64,000 nt of DNA from SAR202 cluster bacterium AC-647-P02_OGT_505m (GTDB lineage Bacteria; Chloroflexota; Dehalococcoidia; Lucifugimonadales; UBA826), in contig VEXB01000002.1 of assembly GCA_009391195.1 (NCBI GenBank), positions 20,214 through 84,213 of the forward strand. Reading direction: 5' to 3'. Positions 9,638-19,676 of this stretch are shown here, piece by piece. A program made the translations under genes and the position numbers. The notes below the pieces were generated by a model. That model ran no database searches and had not been told where the DNA came from. It saw only the letters and a list, made by a program, of their open reading frames with translations. Each line of letters opens with the position of its first letter. Position 1 is the stretch's first letter.

Positions 9638-10966
9638 TTAGTCGTTTCGGTACACATATTCTCCACCGTAAAATGTTGCCTTGACTCTTCCGGTTAATGA
9701 CGTGCCGTCCAGAGGAGTGTTTTTTCCTTTGGAAAAAAATAAACTTGAATTAACTCTCCAGGTTTCGTCGAGATCGAAAACTGTTACATCTGCTGTTCTA
9801 CCTATTTTCAAAGTGCCGAGGTTGCTTCCAAGGAATGATGCAGGATCGGAGGTAAGCTTTTTTATGAGGGTTCCTAACTCTACCTTTTTGTTGTGGTAAA
9901 GGGATAGTACAGACCCAAGAGCTGTTTCGAGGACGCTGATTCCAAAAGCTGCTTCCTGGAATGTGCATATCTTGTCAACACTGCTGTGTGGGGCATGATC
10001 AGTAGCAATAAAATCTATGGTGTTGTCATTGATTCCGTTAGCCATAATGGACATATCAGAGATATTTCGTAGTGGTGGGTTAACCTTTGCAGTGGTGTCG
10101 TATGCATTTGGAGTCAAAGGGTCAAATGATGTGCTTTCATCACCAATTGATAGTACAGCCTCGTCAGTGAGGGTGAGATGGTGCGGGGTTACTTCACAGG
10201 TTACATTGATTCCTCGTCGTTTGGCTTCTCTCACCATATCTAGCGTTCCCGCCGTACTTATGTGGGCTAAATGAACTTTTCCTCCTGTGAGTTCAGAAAG
10301 AGATATGTCTCTGGCTGCCATAACCTCTTCAGCAGAATTAGGCATGCCTTTTAATCCCAGTCTTGTAGCAATCCAACCTTCATTCATTGACGCTCCGTCT
10401 GCTAACTCGGGTACCTCACAATGGTTGATTATTGGCAACCCTAGACCGGCACTATAGGTTAGGGCCTGTCTCATTAAATTTGCATCGGATACAGGCTTAC
10501 CATCATCACTAAATCCTATTACCCCGGCATCAGCGAGTTCAGACATTTCTGACAACTCCTTACCGTGACTATTTTTTGTCACACAGCCTATCGGTAAAAC
10601 TCTTATAACCCCTTCTGTTAAGGCTTTGTTCTTCACGAAATCTACGACTGACTTTGTGTCCATTGGTGGATTTGTATTTGGCATGGCACAAACTGTAGTG
10701 AAACCACCTGCTGCTGCAGATTTAGTTCCTGTCGCAATAGTCTCTTTGTATTCTTCCCCTGGTTCCCTTAGATGGCAGTGGATATCAATAAACCCAGGCG
10801 TTACTACAAATCCTTTAGCATCATAAACTTCTACGTTTTGATCTTTTGAGTTGATTTGGCCGATTTCTGAAATTTTCCCATCGACAATTAGTAAATCGGC
10901 AACTTCATCCCTGTCAGAAGCAGGATCTATAATCCTTCCACTCTTAATAAGAATTGATTTCAACAA
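9638..10966 (-). CDS. pyrC: Dihydroorotase
   Basis: 442 aa amidohydrolase. PGFIDIHCHLREPG metal-binding motif and ATDHAPH. Lies in a pyr operon context. Confidence 0.9.
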   Translation of the reverse strand: MLKSILIKSGRIIDPASDRDEVADLLIVDGKISEIGQINSKDQNVEVYDAKGFVVTPGFIDIHCHLREPGEEYKETIATGTKSAAAGGFTTVCAMPNTNPPMDTKSVVDFVKNKALTEGVIRVLPIGCVTKNSHGKELSEMSELADAGVIGFSDDGKPVSDANLMRQALTYSAGLGLPIINHCEVPELADGASMNEGWIATRLGLKGMPNSAEEVMAARDISLSELTGGKVHLAHISTAGTLDMVREAKRRGINVTCEVTPHHLTLTDEAVLSIGDESTSFDPLTPNAYDTTAKVNPPLRNISDMSIMANGINDNTIDFIATDHAPHSSVDKICTFQEAAFGISVLETALGSVLSLYHNKKVELGTLIKKLTSDPASFLGSNLGTLKIGRTADVTVFDLDETWRVNSSLFFSKGKNTPLDGTSLTGRVKATFYGGEYVYRND

Positions 10967-10990
10967 TTTGATTCTCCGTTTGAAAAAGTA

Positions 10991-11977
10991 CTAAATTTCT
11001 AAGTTTTGCCCAGCTGCCATCGAATAGAGTAATGACATCCGGACTGCTACTCCACTTTTAACTTGCTCTTCTATAACCGACTGGGCACCATGGGCTATAT
11101 CTGTTTCTATTTCAACGCCCTCGTTCATGGGGCCGGGGTGCATTACTAATGCTCCATCTTTGGCAATTGCAAGTCGACGAGCGTTTAGTCCGTAGGTTTG
11201 AGAATATTCCCTAAGCGAAGGAAGATGTCCCGCTTTCTGTCTTTCTAGTTGCAGCCTGAGGGCCATAATTACATCGGCATCCTTTAGGGCAGTGTCCAGG
11301 TCAGTTTGTATTTCTACCGCAGCGAAGGGATGCCCCTCTTCTGTTCGATGGCCATTCAAGAAATCATTTGGGATCAAAGTTTGAGGTCCACAGAGAACTA
11401 CGCGTGCCCCCATTTTAGTAAGTCCCCATAAATTTGAGCGAGCCACCCTGGAATACATAATATCCCCTATGATGACAATTTTTTTTCCCTCAATGGTTCC
11501 TATATTCTTTCTGATTGTGTATAGATCTAGCAGACTTTGTGTGGGATGGGCATGAGTTCCATCCCCAGCATTTATAACTTTGGATCTTAATTGGCGTGCG
11601 AGAAAATGAGGAGCACCTGAGTGAGGATGTCTGATAACGATAATGTCAGCCTGCATTGCTTGTATCGTCAATGCTGTGTTGTAAAGAGACTCCCCTTTTT
11701 TGGTACTGCTTCCGCTACTTGAAACATTTATAACGTCAGCACTCAGAATCTTCGCAGCTTGCTCAAAGGATACCCTCGTTCGAGTACTGGACTCATAGAA
11801 TAATGTGACAACTGTTTTGCCTCGAAGTGCGGGCACTTTTCTGATTTCCCGCTCCAAAACTTGTTCCATCGCCAATGTATTGTCTAAAACATGAGTAATA
11901 TCTTGACTTGTGAAGCTATCTAGGTCGAGAACATGTTTTTGGCCAAAAGATTGTTGGGAAGCAGTTTCTAAGGTCAA
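10991..11977 (-). CDS. pyrB: Aspartate carbamoyltransferase catalytic subunit
   Basis: 328 aa. STRTR carbamoyl-phosphate motif, HPTQ, and HPGP near the C-terminus. Confidence 0.95.
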   Translation of the reverse strand: MTLETASQQSFGQKHVLDLDSFTSQDITHVLDNTLAMEQVLEREIRKVPALRGKTVVTLFYESSTRTRVSFEQAAKILSADVINVSSSGSSTKKGESLYNTALTIQAMQADIIVIRHPHSGAPHFLARQLRSKVINAGDGTHAHPTQSLLDLYTIRKNIGTIEGKKIVIIGDIMYSRVARSNLWGLTKMGARVVLCGPQTLIPNDFLNGHRTEEGHPFAAVEIQTDLDTALKDADVIMALRLQLERQKAGHLPSLREYSQTYGLNARRLAIAKDGALVMHPGPMNEGVEIETDIAHGAQSVIEEQVKSGVAVRMSLLYSMAAGQNLEI

Positions 11978-12534
11978 GTCTTGTCTCCCATGTCGTTATT
12001 ATTAGTAGTGATTACTATTTCATCTGCGCCGTCTATTTCCATAAGCCTTACCTGTACGTCTTCGTCCTTGGCAGTTGGCACGTTTTTTCCAACATAGTCG
12101 GCTCTTATTGGCAGTTCTCTGTGGCCTCTGTCGACCAGGACTCCAAGTTGCATCTGACTTGGTCGCCCGAAATCACTTATAGCATCCATCGCGGCCCTGA
12201 TAGATCTACCTGTGTAAAGAACATCGTCAATGATCACTACAGTTTTGCCATTGATGTCGGAAGGTATATCCGTTGGTTTCATCAATGGACTACCCTTTTC
12301 AGATATGTCGTCTCTATACATACCAATATCTAATTTACCCACAGGAACTTTTATTCCCTCAAAGCGTTCTATAGCTGTAGATATTCGTTGAGCAAGTGGG
12401 ACTCCTCTTGAATGCATCCCAACTAGAACAACATTGTCACCGCCGCCGTTTCTCTCAAGAATCTCGTGAGAAATACGTGTCAATGCCCTTTCAATTTGCA
12501 CTGGATTCTGTATACGTTTCTCGATCAACGGCAT
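11974..12534 (-). CDS. pyrR: Bifunctional pyrimidine operon regulator / uracil phosphoribosyltransferase PyrR
   Basis: 186 aa. PRPP-binding loop [17 protein letters not shown]. First gene of the pyr string, with a matching PyrR-binding RNA motif upstream. Confidence 0.9.
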   Translation of the reverse strand: MPLIEKRIQNPVQIERALTRISHEILERNGGGDNVVLVGMHSRGVPLAQRISTAIERFEGIKVPVGKLDIGMYRDDISEKGSPLMKPTDIPSDINGKTVVIIDDVLYTGRSIRAAMDAISDFGRPSQMQLGVLVDRGHRELPIRADYVGKNVPTAKDEDVQVRLMEIDGADEIVITTNNNDMGDKT

Positions 12535-12596
12535 AAACGCGCCATGAAGAAGAGAGGGGTAATCTCGATTCTAAAAGAGTACATGATCAGTACAAA

Positions 12597-12620
12597 CCTC
12601 CTGTTTTTCTGGACAAGAGG
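12597..12620 (-). promoter_or_regulatory. Candidate attenuator hairpin in the pyrR leader
   Basis: The mRNA reads CCUCUUGU-CCAGAAAA-ACAGGAGG (8-bp stem including one G-U pair) followed by UUUGU. It lies between the PyrR-binding motif and the pyrR ATG. The U-tract is weak. Confidence 0.35.
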
Positions 12621-12663
12621 TCGTTGCAGCTGAGGCGTGATATAAAACGCCGCGACATCTGCA

Positions 12664-12701
12664 CTTTCCTTGCCAGACTCTCTTGGACCGACTTAAAGGA
12701 C
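12664..12701 (-). promoter_or_regulatory. PyrR-binding leader RNA (anti-antiterminator binding loop)
   Basis: The mRNA reads GUCCUUUAAGUCGGUCCAAGAGAGUCUGGCAAGGAAAG. It contains UCCAAGAGAGUCUG flanked by UCCUU...AAGGA, close to the known PyrR binding-loop consensus (UCCAGAGAGGCU inside a UCCUU/AAGGA stem). Confidence 0.7.
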
Positions 12702-12722
12702 TGTGTAAAAAAACTCACTTCG

Positions 12723-12752
12723 ATAGTACACGTATGTAGCGAGATACTTCAA
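12723..12752 (-). promoter_or_regulatory. Candidate sigma-70-type promoter of the pyr operon
   Basis: On the reverse complement: TTGAAG, 18-nt spacer, TACTAT. It sits just upstream of the PyrR-binding leader. Confidence 0.35.
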
Positions 12753-12852
12753 GTATTTCCTAAATATACTGCAAATTTACATTTGGAACACAGTTCTTAA
12801 TACTAGTAATATGGTGAACGTAATCTTGAATAAATTCTGACTAGGAAGAACG

Positions 12853-13308
12853 ATGATTCCAGAGACAATGTTTAGTGGCCTTGTTTCCGCAGGAGGCGTT
12901 GTACATAAAGTTTGCGAGAACGGACTTCAGGTTGTGGTTTGCTCACGGGAAGAACCCCTATCGCATAACCTACCCAAAGGAACTCCTGAATATGGAGAGA
13001 CCTTAGAACAAACAGCTTGTAGGGAAGTGGAAGAGGAAACTGGACTTAAAGTAGAAATATTAGATTACATTGGGTTCATAGAGTACGATGTGCTCAATGG
13101 CAGAGTTGGCGGGAAAGCGTTGAAAAGGGTGTATTACTTTCTTATGCACCCGATAGGGGGCGATTTTTCGCTACATGATAAAGAGTTTGATGTCGTACAG
13201 TGGATTAGTGGGTCAAATATTCCATCGATGCTAACTTATGATAACGAGGTAGAAATTGTTCAAAAAGGCCTTTCCCTGGTCAAGAGAAGACCAAAAGGAA
13301 CTTCCTGA
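12853..13308 (+). CDS. NUDIX hydrolase
   Basis: 151 aa with the Nudix box GETLEQTACREVEEETGL. Confidence 0.85.
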   Translation: MIPETMFSGLVSAGGVVHKVCENGLQVVVCSREEPLSHNLPKGTPEYGETLEQTACREVEEETGLKVEILDYIGFIEYDVLNGRVGGKALKRVYYFLMHPIGGDFSLHDKEFDVVQWISGSNIPSMLTYDNEVEIVQKGLSLVKRRPKGTS

Positions 13309-13852
13309 GGTAGATATTACTGGAACTCTCGTTCGAATCAGAGAGAAGCGAACAGAAGATATTCCTGATGAGTACTCTTGGAGAGTAGATGAGGAGCTAT
13401 CTCGTCTGGATGCGACGAGACCTCTTACTATGTCGTACGAGGATTTTTTCCGATATACAAGTGAAGAGATGCAATTTCAAAGTTATCGTTCAAAGCGCTT
13501 GGCGGTCGATACTTTGGATGGTCTACATATTGGGAATGTCATGTACTATGACTTCAACCAAAGGAACGCCGAGGCTGAACTAGGCATAATGATTGGAGAT
13601 AAAGATTATTGGGGGAATGGGTACGGAACTGACATAGTTGTCACACTGTTAAATTATCTTTTTACAACTTTGGAATTGAAAAGGGTGTACCTTCATACTT
13701 TGGCCTGGAACTATCGTGCTCAGGCCTCATTCACAAAATCAGGATTCGTAGAGGTGCGTCCGGTCAGAAGAGGTGGGCAAGATTTTGTACTTATGGAGGC
13801 ACTTCGTGCTAACTGGGGGCCAGATAAACTAGTAGATCCGCCCCCAGAGTAA
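13256..13852 (+). CDS. GNAT family N-acetyltransferase (RimJ/RimL-like)
   Basis: 198 aa with WGNGYGTD and a YLHTLAWNYRAQASFTKSGF acetyl-CoA-binding-like core. TTG start at 13256 preceded by GAGGT. Overlaps the Nudix gene by 53 nt, and no other start candidate exists downstream of the Nudix stop. Confidence 0.7.
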   Translation: MFKKAFPWSREDQKELPEVDITGTLVRIREKRTEDIPDEYSWRVDEELSRLDATRPLTMSYEDFFRYTSEEMQFQSYRSKRLAVDTLDGLHIGNVMYYDFNQRNAEAELGIMIGDKDYWGNGYGTDIVVTLLNYLFTTLELKRVYLHTLAWNYRAQASFTKSGFVEVRPVRRGGQDFVLMEALRANWGPDKLVDPPPE

Positions 13853-13879
13853 TTGTGGGTTTGCAAGTACCTTACCGGA

Positions 13880-14743
13880 TTAGAGATCTATAGTCATGAG
13901 CTCATCTGAAAACAGGATTTCCCCATCGTAGATATTTCTTAGATCTTGAATGGTTCTGTCTTTTACTTCTTGCTGGGATAGATGTGGTCCTATATGGACC
14001 AGAACTAGTCGTTTAACTCCAGCTTCTTGAGCCATGGCAGCTGCTCCCTCCGTCCCGCACTGACCACTCGACTCTCCAGTTTCATCCATGACTGATTGTT
14101 CATCCCAGCACATACAAAGCATCATGTCAGCATTGTTTGCTAGGTTTGTGACTGAGTCGCAAGGCTGGGTGTCTCCGGTAAAAACTATGCTTCCCTCCGG
14201 GGTTTCAAATCTATAAGCGAGGGAGTCCAAATAGGGTTGGACGTGCTCTCCCGGAGCAGCATAAACTTCCCAATCTTTGGCTGTATAAACTTTTCCAGGA
14301 CCAACGTCTTTCGCGATTACGTTTGGGGGTTTTCTAGGAAGTGTGCCCCCCCTGTTCACATGTATCTTTTGACTTAAGGGGTGATTTACTCTCGCTATCC
14401 AGTCATGAGCAAATAGCCCGTCTTTTTCATCCAGAATGCCATGCGTGATTTTTTCTGTAAGTGTGGGGCCAAAGACTTTTAAAACATCCTCTTTCCCAAC
14501 GCTTTGATCCCATCTACATAGCAGAAAACAGGGATAGTCTATGTCGTGATCAAAATGATGATGAGTAAAAAATAAGTGATTTATATCTGTTGGCCATAAC
14601 CCAGCTTTTACTAGCTTGTGCGTAGTTGCCGGTCCGCAGTCAAGCATTATCTGATCGTCACTAATTTTTATCGCGAATGAGGATCCAAATCGGGTGGGAG
14701 TTGGAGTTGGTGTTCCGGCGCCGAGTACGTGTATAGATGTCAT
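13880..14743 (-). CDS. MBL-fold metallo-hydrolase (RNase Z-like family)
   Basis: 287 aa with the HHHFDH metal-binding motif and a later HIGPH. Confidence 0.75.
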   Translation of the reverse strand: MTSIHVLGAGTPTPTPTRFGSSFAIKISDDQIMLDCGPATTHKLVKAGLWPTDINHLFFTHHHFDHDIDYPCFLLCRWDQSVGKEDVLKVFGPTLTEKITHGILDEKDGLFAHDWIARVNHPLSQKIHVNRGGTLPRKPPNVIAKDVGPGKVYTAKDWEVYAAPGEHVQPYLDSLAYRFETPEGSIVFTGDTQPCDSVTNLANNADMMLCMCWDEQSVMDETGESSGQCGTEGAAAMAQEAGVKRLVLVHIGPHLSQQEVKDRTIQDLRNIYDGEILFSDELMTIDL

Positions 14744-14784
14744 GAGTTACTTACCTTATATGTTTTTTATGATTGAAAAATTGT

Positions 14785-16557
14785 CTAGTGATGTGAATAA
14801 ATTCGCACACCACCTGGTTCAGGAAGGACTACTACAAATTCTCCATTGCTGGTTTGTACCCTTTCAGCGATTTCTTCTGTTGAATCCTCTTCTAGCACCA
14901 AATTCTCGGAACCCGGATCAGCCCATTCAACGTAGGAGACTTTGTATCCTAGATTTTCTTCTAGAGCCGCTATGAAGAATTCACTGTTAGACGGCGTGAA
15001 CACGGTTACGTTTTTCACTTGGTTATATCTATCCTCTTCCGGCAATGTAGCTAAGTTTTCCCTCTCCTTTCTTAAATTTAGCCAATGATATGGAACTATG
15101 ACAGATGTGGCGGCAATGACTGACAGAGGAACACGAGAAGATCTTATGGCAGACATGATTGAGTCTTCTGACAAAAGAAATTTAATGAGGAAGAATATTA
15201 TCGATGCGATAGAAGGGACGGACACGAGTATTCCCAGACCAACCACACCGGTAAAAAAAATAATTTTGGTTTCCCCTTTTACGGAGGTCAGGTTGGGTAT
15301 TCGGTATCGCCATGTATACCACCATAAGGAAGCACCCAAGAATAAATTTGCTATACCAATTGCCGCTGAGACTCTCCAGGAGTCTTCTTCAGTAGCTAAC
15401 TCATTATTACTACCAGTGAGTGAGGTAAGTACAAGATTAGTCAGTATTGCTATTCCTATCGACGATGTAATGAGGCCAATGAATGAAAATGAATAATCTA
15501 AAACTTGGGAACCATTCTGTTCTTGTATTTCAGGTCTATTTGGAGACTTAATAATATAGCTATGGTAGGCAAATATAGTTATTCCAACTATAAGTAAGGT
15601 TAGTCCATTTGGGACTGGGCCAATGTCTCCCGGATCATTTTGAACGCTAAGTATAACTGCCAAAAACGTGAACAGTATTAGTAATATGCCAACAATACTT
15701 GTTACCCCTCCGCCAATAATAGCGCAGCAGTATATATATGCCGATTTCAACCTGCTAGTGTGTTTTTGGTTCTCTAGTACTAGCCAATGTAGGCCCCATA
15801 AAACTACGCCAGTAATGGCAATAGAAAGATTATCGCGAACGTTTTCAGAGAAGATGCCATTTTGGGGTTCTATTATAGTTTTGACACCAGCTATAGATTG
15901 ATAAGAATAGTCAAAGAGATGATGAAGAATGGAGCCGAGTCCGTTTGCGGCCATTATTAATCCAATCAGACTTGCGAAATATACATAAATATCACGAATG
16001 ATTGGCTTCAGATATGAACTTTCTTTTTGGTCACTAATACGCCAGTGAAAGATCCAAATGATAGTGAAAGGAATCAAGGTTGCCAATTGGTACCATGAAG
16101 AGTCTTTTGTGTCTAAAAGAAACTGAATTATTCCTGTGACGGAATGGGCTAGAATGCTGATCGATACAGCTAGGGTCAAAAATTTATATATTTTTCTTAT
16201 TTGGGATGATATCGCCCAGGTATTTCTTTGTAACTGATTGTCAATTATTCTCCAGTGGAGAATCCAAAGAGGAGCTCCCACAACAACTAGTGCAGTTCCA
16301 AGAGCCACTTTATCAGGTCCCGAAGACATAATATTTTCTGAAAGTAATTCTTGGAGAACGAATTGAATTAGAAGAGTGGAACCACTTCCGATCATCATCA
16401 GTGAAACGAAAGAGACTAGATAGAAATATAACCTTTGTAGGATTTTTCCAGTTTGTTCACTTGGCCCTTTATCTTTGTTAGCAAATATGAGGTATATCGA
16501 TGTAATGGCTACACTGACTAGCACCAGAAATGGTAATAATTCGAAAAAACCTATCAA
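14785..16557 (-). CDS. Polytopic membrane protein of unknown function with six tandem 2-TM repeats and a C-terminal soluble domain
   Basis: 590 aa. Each repeat ends in an aromatic motif: LWILHWRII, IWIFHWRIS, LWGLHWLVL, IFAYHSYII, LWWYTWRY, VPYHWLNL. Confidence 0.7.
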   Translation of the reverse strand: MIGFFELLPFLVLVSVAITSIYLIFANKDKGPSEQTGKILQRLYFYLVSFVSLMMIGSGSTLLIQFVLQELLSENIMSSGPDKVALGTALVVVGAPLWILHWRIIDNQLQRNTWAISSQIRKIYKFLTLAVSISILAHSVTGIIQFLLDTKDSSWYQLATLIPFTIIWIFHWRISDQKESSYLKPIIRDIYVYFASLIGLIMAANGLGSILHHLFDYSYQSIAGVKTIIEPQNGIFSENVRDNLSIAITGVVLWGLHWLVLENQKHTSRLKSAYIYCCAIIGGGVTSIVGILLILFTFLAVILSVQNDPGDIGPVPNGLTLLIVGITIFAYHSYIIKSPNRPEIQEQNGSQVLDYSFSFIGLITSSIGIAILTNLVLTSLTGSNNELATEEDSWRVSAAIGIANLFLGASLWWYTWRYRIPNLTSVKGETKIIFFTGVVGLGILVSVPSIASIIFFLIKFLLSEDSIMSAIRSSRVPLSVIAATSVIVPYHWLNLRKERENLATLPEEDRYNQVKNVTVFTPSNSEFFIAALEENLGYKVSYVEWADPGSENLVLEEDSTEEIAERVQTSNGEFVVVLPEPGGVRIYSHH

Positions 16558-16594
16558 TTAAGCCACCTCATCTTCTACAGATTGAGCCCGTTGA

Positions 16595-17059
16595 CTACCG
16601 TATTTTTGAATCCTTTGCACAATGTATGGGGAAAGACGTCTCTAAAATCTTCCATTCCAAATCTTCTTTTACCAGGATGTATGTCTGCCTACTTTTTCGT
16701 TCAGTCGATTCCAAAGGTATCGATGTTTCTATCGTCGATTTTTCGACAGTTACTATCGCTTCGTCGTTTATGATTTCTGATTTTACTAGGGTGATGGTTT
16801 CCACCTCATATGGGTCATAAGATAGTGAGGATGTGTTGATGAATTCACTATAACGGCAATTATCTCGCAACTCTTTTGCTATTAATTCATATGCCTCGAT
16901 AGACCTGTCGTTCAAGATGTTATCTATATAAATTTGGACGGTTCTTTCTGGGCTGCCTTCAGTCAGAGGTTCATTTTGTCTTGTTGTCGATATATAGATA
17001 CTTCCGATTACCAGTGCTGACAGGAAGGCTATTACTATGTACCCAAGAATTTTTATCAT
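16595..17059 (-). CDS. Hypothetical membrane-anchored protein
   Basis: 154 aa with an N-terminal TM helix (ILGYIVIAFLSALVIGSIYI) and a soluble domain. Lies 37 nt upstream of the 590-aa membrane protein on the same strand. Confidence 0.55.
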   Translation of the reverse strand: MIKILGYIVIAFLSALVIGSIYISTTRQNEPLTEGSPERTVQIYIDNILNDRSIEAYELIAKELRDNCRYSEFINTSSLSYDPYEVETITLVKSEIINDEAIVTVEKSTIETSIPLESTERKSRQTYILVKEDLEWKILETSFPIHCAKDSKIR

Positions 17060-17166
17060 CTAATGACCCTATTATGAGACATTGATTCACGACAATTGTT
17101 TGTTGTTTTCACGATTAAAATAATCTATTCCGTTGGGGAATAAGCTGGTGTATGAACAAATCTTGG

Positions 17167-17877
17167 TTACATGCCGGGTATTATTTTGTTTTGGACTGCA
17201 AACAGTTTTGTAATCCCTATCTCAGCTAGATCTAGTACTTTTTCAAGTGTATTTCTATTAAACCTACTTTCTTCAGCTCCCCCCTGGATCTCTATAAATT
17301 CCCCGTCTTCAGCCATAACAATATTGAAGTCGGCCCCTGCTGTAGAATCTTCTTCGTAACACAGGTCAAGCAATACTTTGTCCCCGTATGTACCAACACT
17401 TGTTGCTGCCACGTTCTTCAGCATAGAAGTATCGGGAAGTATTCCTTTTCGCACCAGTTCTTGTATCGCAAGGTGAAGGGCTACGTAACCCCCAGTTATT
17501 GAAGCTGTGCGAGTACCTCCATCCGCTTGGAGAACATCACAGTCAATGGTCACCGTCCGTTCCCCAAGTTTGGGTAAATCGGCTCCTGCACGAAGCGATC
17601 TTCCAATTAGTCTTTGGATCTCTTGGGATCTTCCCCTTCTCCTGTTTTCTCTCGAACTACGCGGAACTGTTGACCCAGGCAACATCGAATATTCTGCGGT
17701 TATCCAGCCTTGCCCAGTTCCAGACAAAAAACCGGGGACTCTTTCATCTACACTGGCGGAGCACAGTACTTTCGTATTTCCGGTAGATATAATTACGCAG
17801 CCATCAGCATAATCCATGGGTCCTTGCTGTATGTCGACGGCGCGAAGTTCATTATCATTCCTACCATCTATCCTCAT
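17167..17877 (-). CDS. rph: Ribonuclease PH
   Basis: MRIDGRNDNELR start typical of RNase PH, with GAGGA 7-8 nt upstream. TRTASITG phosphate-binding motif. The ORF is open up to 17922, but that extension is not typical of the family. Confidence 0.9.
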   Translation of the reverse strand: MRIDGRNDNELRAVDIQQGPMDYADGCVIISTGNTKVLCSASVDERVPGFLSGTGQGWITAEYSMLPGSTVPRSSRENRRRGRSQEIQRLIGRSLRAGADLPKLGERTVTIDCDVLQADGGTRTASITGGYVALHLAIQELVRKGILPDTSMLKNVAATSVGTYGDKVLLDLCYEEDSTAGADFNIVMAEDGEFIEIQGGAEESRFNRNTLEKVLDLAEIGITKLFAVQNKIIPGM

Positions 17878-18009
17878 TTGTATATCCTCAATAGAATTAT
17901 GTGCGTGTCCAGTCAATGACACTATTATGAATTGTTTGTTGTAGACTGGTTAGTAGTTTCCCACTGCGATTTTCTACGTATTATGTGTTAATTTGGATGC
18001 CAAATAATC

Positions 18010-18537
18010 ATGAATAACAATGTATATATCACAGGGTTTTCGGGTTCAGGTAAATCTACCTCAGGTAGAGAATTAGCAATTCTTTTAGAAAGAGAATTCG
18101 TCGATATGGATTCAGAGATTGAGAAGTTGCATGAACAGACAATTCGGGACATATTTGAAGAGCACGGAGAAGTGGGGTTTAGGGGTTTTGAAACCGGTTT
18201 GTTAACCCAAATTTCAGGAAAGTATGGTCAGATTGTGTCTACTGGTGGTGGGGTTCCTACCATTCCTCAAAATGTGAAAATAATGAAGCGTACTGGCAAA
18301 ATTGTTTGTCTCTTAGCAAGTGTTGAAACCCTGTCTAAACGTATCTCTGATCATTCAAACATAGCGGGAGGCAAAGCAGATAGACCGATGCTCTATTCCG
18401 ATGATAAAACTGAAAGAATTCGGGACTTACTGGACATAAGAAGGGACTCTTATAATCAGGCTGATTTACTGGTTGATACAGAAGACAAGTCTCCTAAAAT
18501 GGTAGCGATTGAAATTGCTAAGGTCCTTGAATTATGA
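18010..18537 (+). CDS. aroK: Shikimate kinase
   Basis: 175 aa. Walker A GFSGSGKST and a STGGG motif. Overlaps aroB by 4 nt. Confidence 0.9.
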   Translation: MNNNVYITGFSGSGKSTSGRELAILLEREFVDMDSEIEKLHEQTIRDIFEEHGEVGFRGFETGLLTQISGKYGQIVSTGGGVPTIPQNVKIMKRTGKIVCLLASVETLSKRISDHSNIAGGKADRPMLYSDDKTERIRDLLDIRRDSYNQADLLVDTEDKSPKMVAIEIAKVLEL

Positions 18538-19676
18538 GAACAAAAGAATATAGTGATTTGGCGGCTAGAGTGATGGCTTCAAGTGGAGATCACCCAATTT
18601 GGGTTGGTTGGGGGATAATCGAAGAAATCGGGGAGAGGATAAAGTCTCTTTTTACTCCACCGGTGGTATATGTCATTTCAGATGATCGTGTTTCAGAACA
18701 CGCTAGGATGGTTCAAATTGCTCTGGAAGCTGAGGCCATTCCTGCGCACATATTTATGATTCCTTCAGGTGAATCAAATAAGAATCTTGAAACCGTTCAG
18801 CATGTTTACAAATGGCTTGCCGACAGAAAGGCTGAGAGAGGACACATGATTGTGGCCGTTGGTGGAGGAGTAGTAGGAGATTTGGCTGGCTTTGTTGCGG
18901 CAACATATCTGCGTGGAATGCCATTTGCCCAAGTACCTACCACTTTGCTAGCAATGATGGATGCGGCAATAGGAGGTAAAGTGGCGGTAGATTTACCGCA
19001 AGGTAAGAACCTCGTAGGGGCATTTTATCAACCGCAGTTCGTGTTATCTGATGTTAGAACTCTCAGTACTTTACCTGATCGCGAATTATCATCCGGTTGG
19101 GCGGAAGCTATAAAACACGGACTAATTTTAGATAAAGAATTGCTAGCCATTTTTGAGAAAAACACAGGAAAAATAAAATCTCTCGACCCAGAGATAGCAA
19201 CCCAGATAATAAGAGATAGTGTTGCTATCAAGGCTAACATCGTATCTCAGGATGAAAGGGAGACACTTGGCATTCGAATCCTGCTGAATTATGGGCATAC
19301 GATTGGCCATGCAATCGAATCAACTACTCAATATACTCAGTATCTTCATGGGGAAGCTGTGAGCGTAGGGATGATGGCTGCTGCATCCATAAGTCGCTCG
19401 ATGGGTCTGTTAGACGAGTCTGAAGTTAAAAGACAAAGATTGATCCTAGCCAGCTACGGGTTACCTATAAAAGCCCAAGGTCTTAATTCTTCTGACATAT
19501 TAGAGGCTATGAGGTCTGATAAGAAAACTTCTAGGGGGCAAATCAATTGGGTGTTGCTCGATGGCATAGGTAATGCCGTTACCAATAATCGCGTTCCTGA
19601 CAATTATGTTGCCGAAGCGTTGGATTCGATACTAACAGATGATGGTAAGGCGGAAGAGTTAGGGCAAGGCTGTTAA
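18534..19676 (+). CDS. aroB: 3-dehydroquinate synthase
   Basis: 380 aa. GGGVVGDLAGF, AIGGK and NYGHTIGHAIE metal-binding motifs. Confidence 0.92.
   Translation: MRTKEYSDLAARVMASSGDHPIWVGWGIIEEIGERIKSLFTPPVVYVISDDRVSEHARMVQIALEAEAIPAHIFMIPSGESNKNLETVQHVYKWLADRKAERGHMIVAVGGGVVGDLAGFVAATYLRGMPFAQVPTTLLAMMDAAIGGKVAVDLPQGKNLVGAFYQPQFVLSDVRTLSTLPDRELSSGWAEAIKHGLILDKELLAIFEKNTGKIKSLDPEIATQIIRDSVAIKANIVSQDERETLGIRILLNYGHTIGHAIESTTQYTQYLHGEAVSVGMMAAASISRSMGLLDESEVKRQRLILASYGLPIKAQGLNSSDILEAMRSDKKTSRGQINWVLLDGIGNAVTNNRVPDNYVAEALDSILTDDGKAEELGQGC

Noticed and set aside
17878-17922. Upstream extensions of rph (to 17922), the double M16 peptidase (to 57099) and the dehydrogenase (to 25897).
   Set aside because: The internal ATGs coincide with the family-typical N-termini. 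For rph and the dehydrogenase they are also preceded by SD-like sequences. For the M16 peptidase, the internal start avoids a 32-nt overlap with the upstream hotdog gene.
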